Positions 63,733 through 64,000 of a stretch of 64,000 nt of DNA are shown here, piece by piece. The stretch's first letter is position 1. Every line of letters begins with the position of its first letter. Source of the stretch: Camelus ferus (taxonomy: Eukaryota); contig NC_045707.1 of the NCBI RefSeq assembly GCF_009834535.1, forward strand, positions 62,560,001-62,624,000. Direction: 5' to 3'. The notes beneath the pieces were generated by a model, which was not told the DNA's origin, searched no databases, and saw nothing but the letters and a program-made list of their open reading frames with translations. Both the position numbers and the translations under genes were made by a program.

Positions 63733-64000
63733 ATGCATTTTAAAAAATCTTAATTAGTTGCAACAGCAGTAAATTAGAAAATTAGTCAAGCTGAGAAATT
63801 CCCTGAAAGACCTTTCAATCTCTTCTAAAAAAGAGCTATAAGTAAGAAAAAAAAGAAAGGGAAAAAAAACCCCACCTTTTTTTTTTTTCAAAACTGCATT
63901 CATGGGCAATTTCATAATAGCAAACAGCGAAACATGCTGAAATATCTTGCAGTAAGCCCCAGTTTCAACTGCCATGGGGGAAAGAAAACTAGAATTTTCA

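Overview
AT-rich, CpG-depleted placental-mammal genomic DNA, either a gene desert or the interior of a very large intron, with one 100-N assembly gap at 45834-45933. I can support no host protein-coding exon, RNA gene or CRISPR array. The only ORF-track entry I clearly recognise as protein is 5496-5828, part of a decayed LINE-1 ORF2 endonuclease; 6618-6806 is an out-of-frame reading of the same element. The window is a layered record of transposon fossils: several LINE-1 pieces, many MaLR (MLT1-type) LTRs including one with retained internal sequence, ERVL- and ERV1-type solo LTRs, L2, MIR and MER5. One L1 3' end resembles cetartiodactyl/camelid L1, and I saw no Alu, B1, Bov-tA, PRE-1 or Can-SINE, so a camelid-like host is a tentative inference. 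The most notable observations are a short L1 fragment replacing part of an older L1, an L1 with two internal deletions removing the RT core, nested insertions with readable target-site duplications, a CpG-rich patch in an old L2, and motif clusters in repeat-poor DNA that may be enhancers. I found no convincing new biological system. Repeat family names come from recalled consensus resemblance, not a database search, and most boundaries are approximate.
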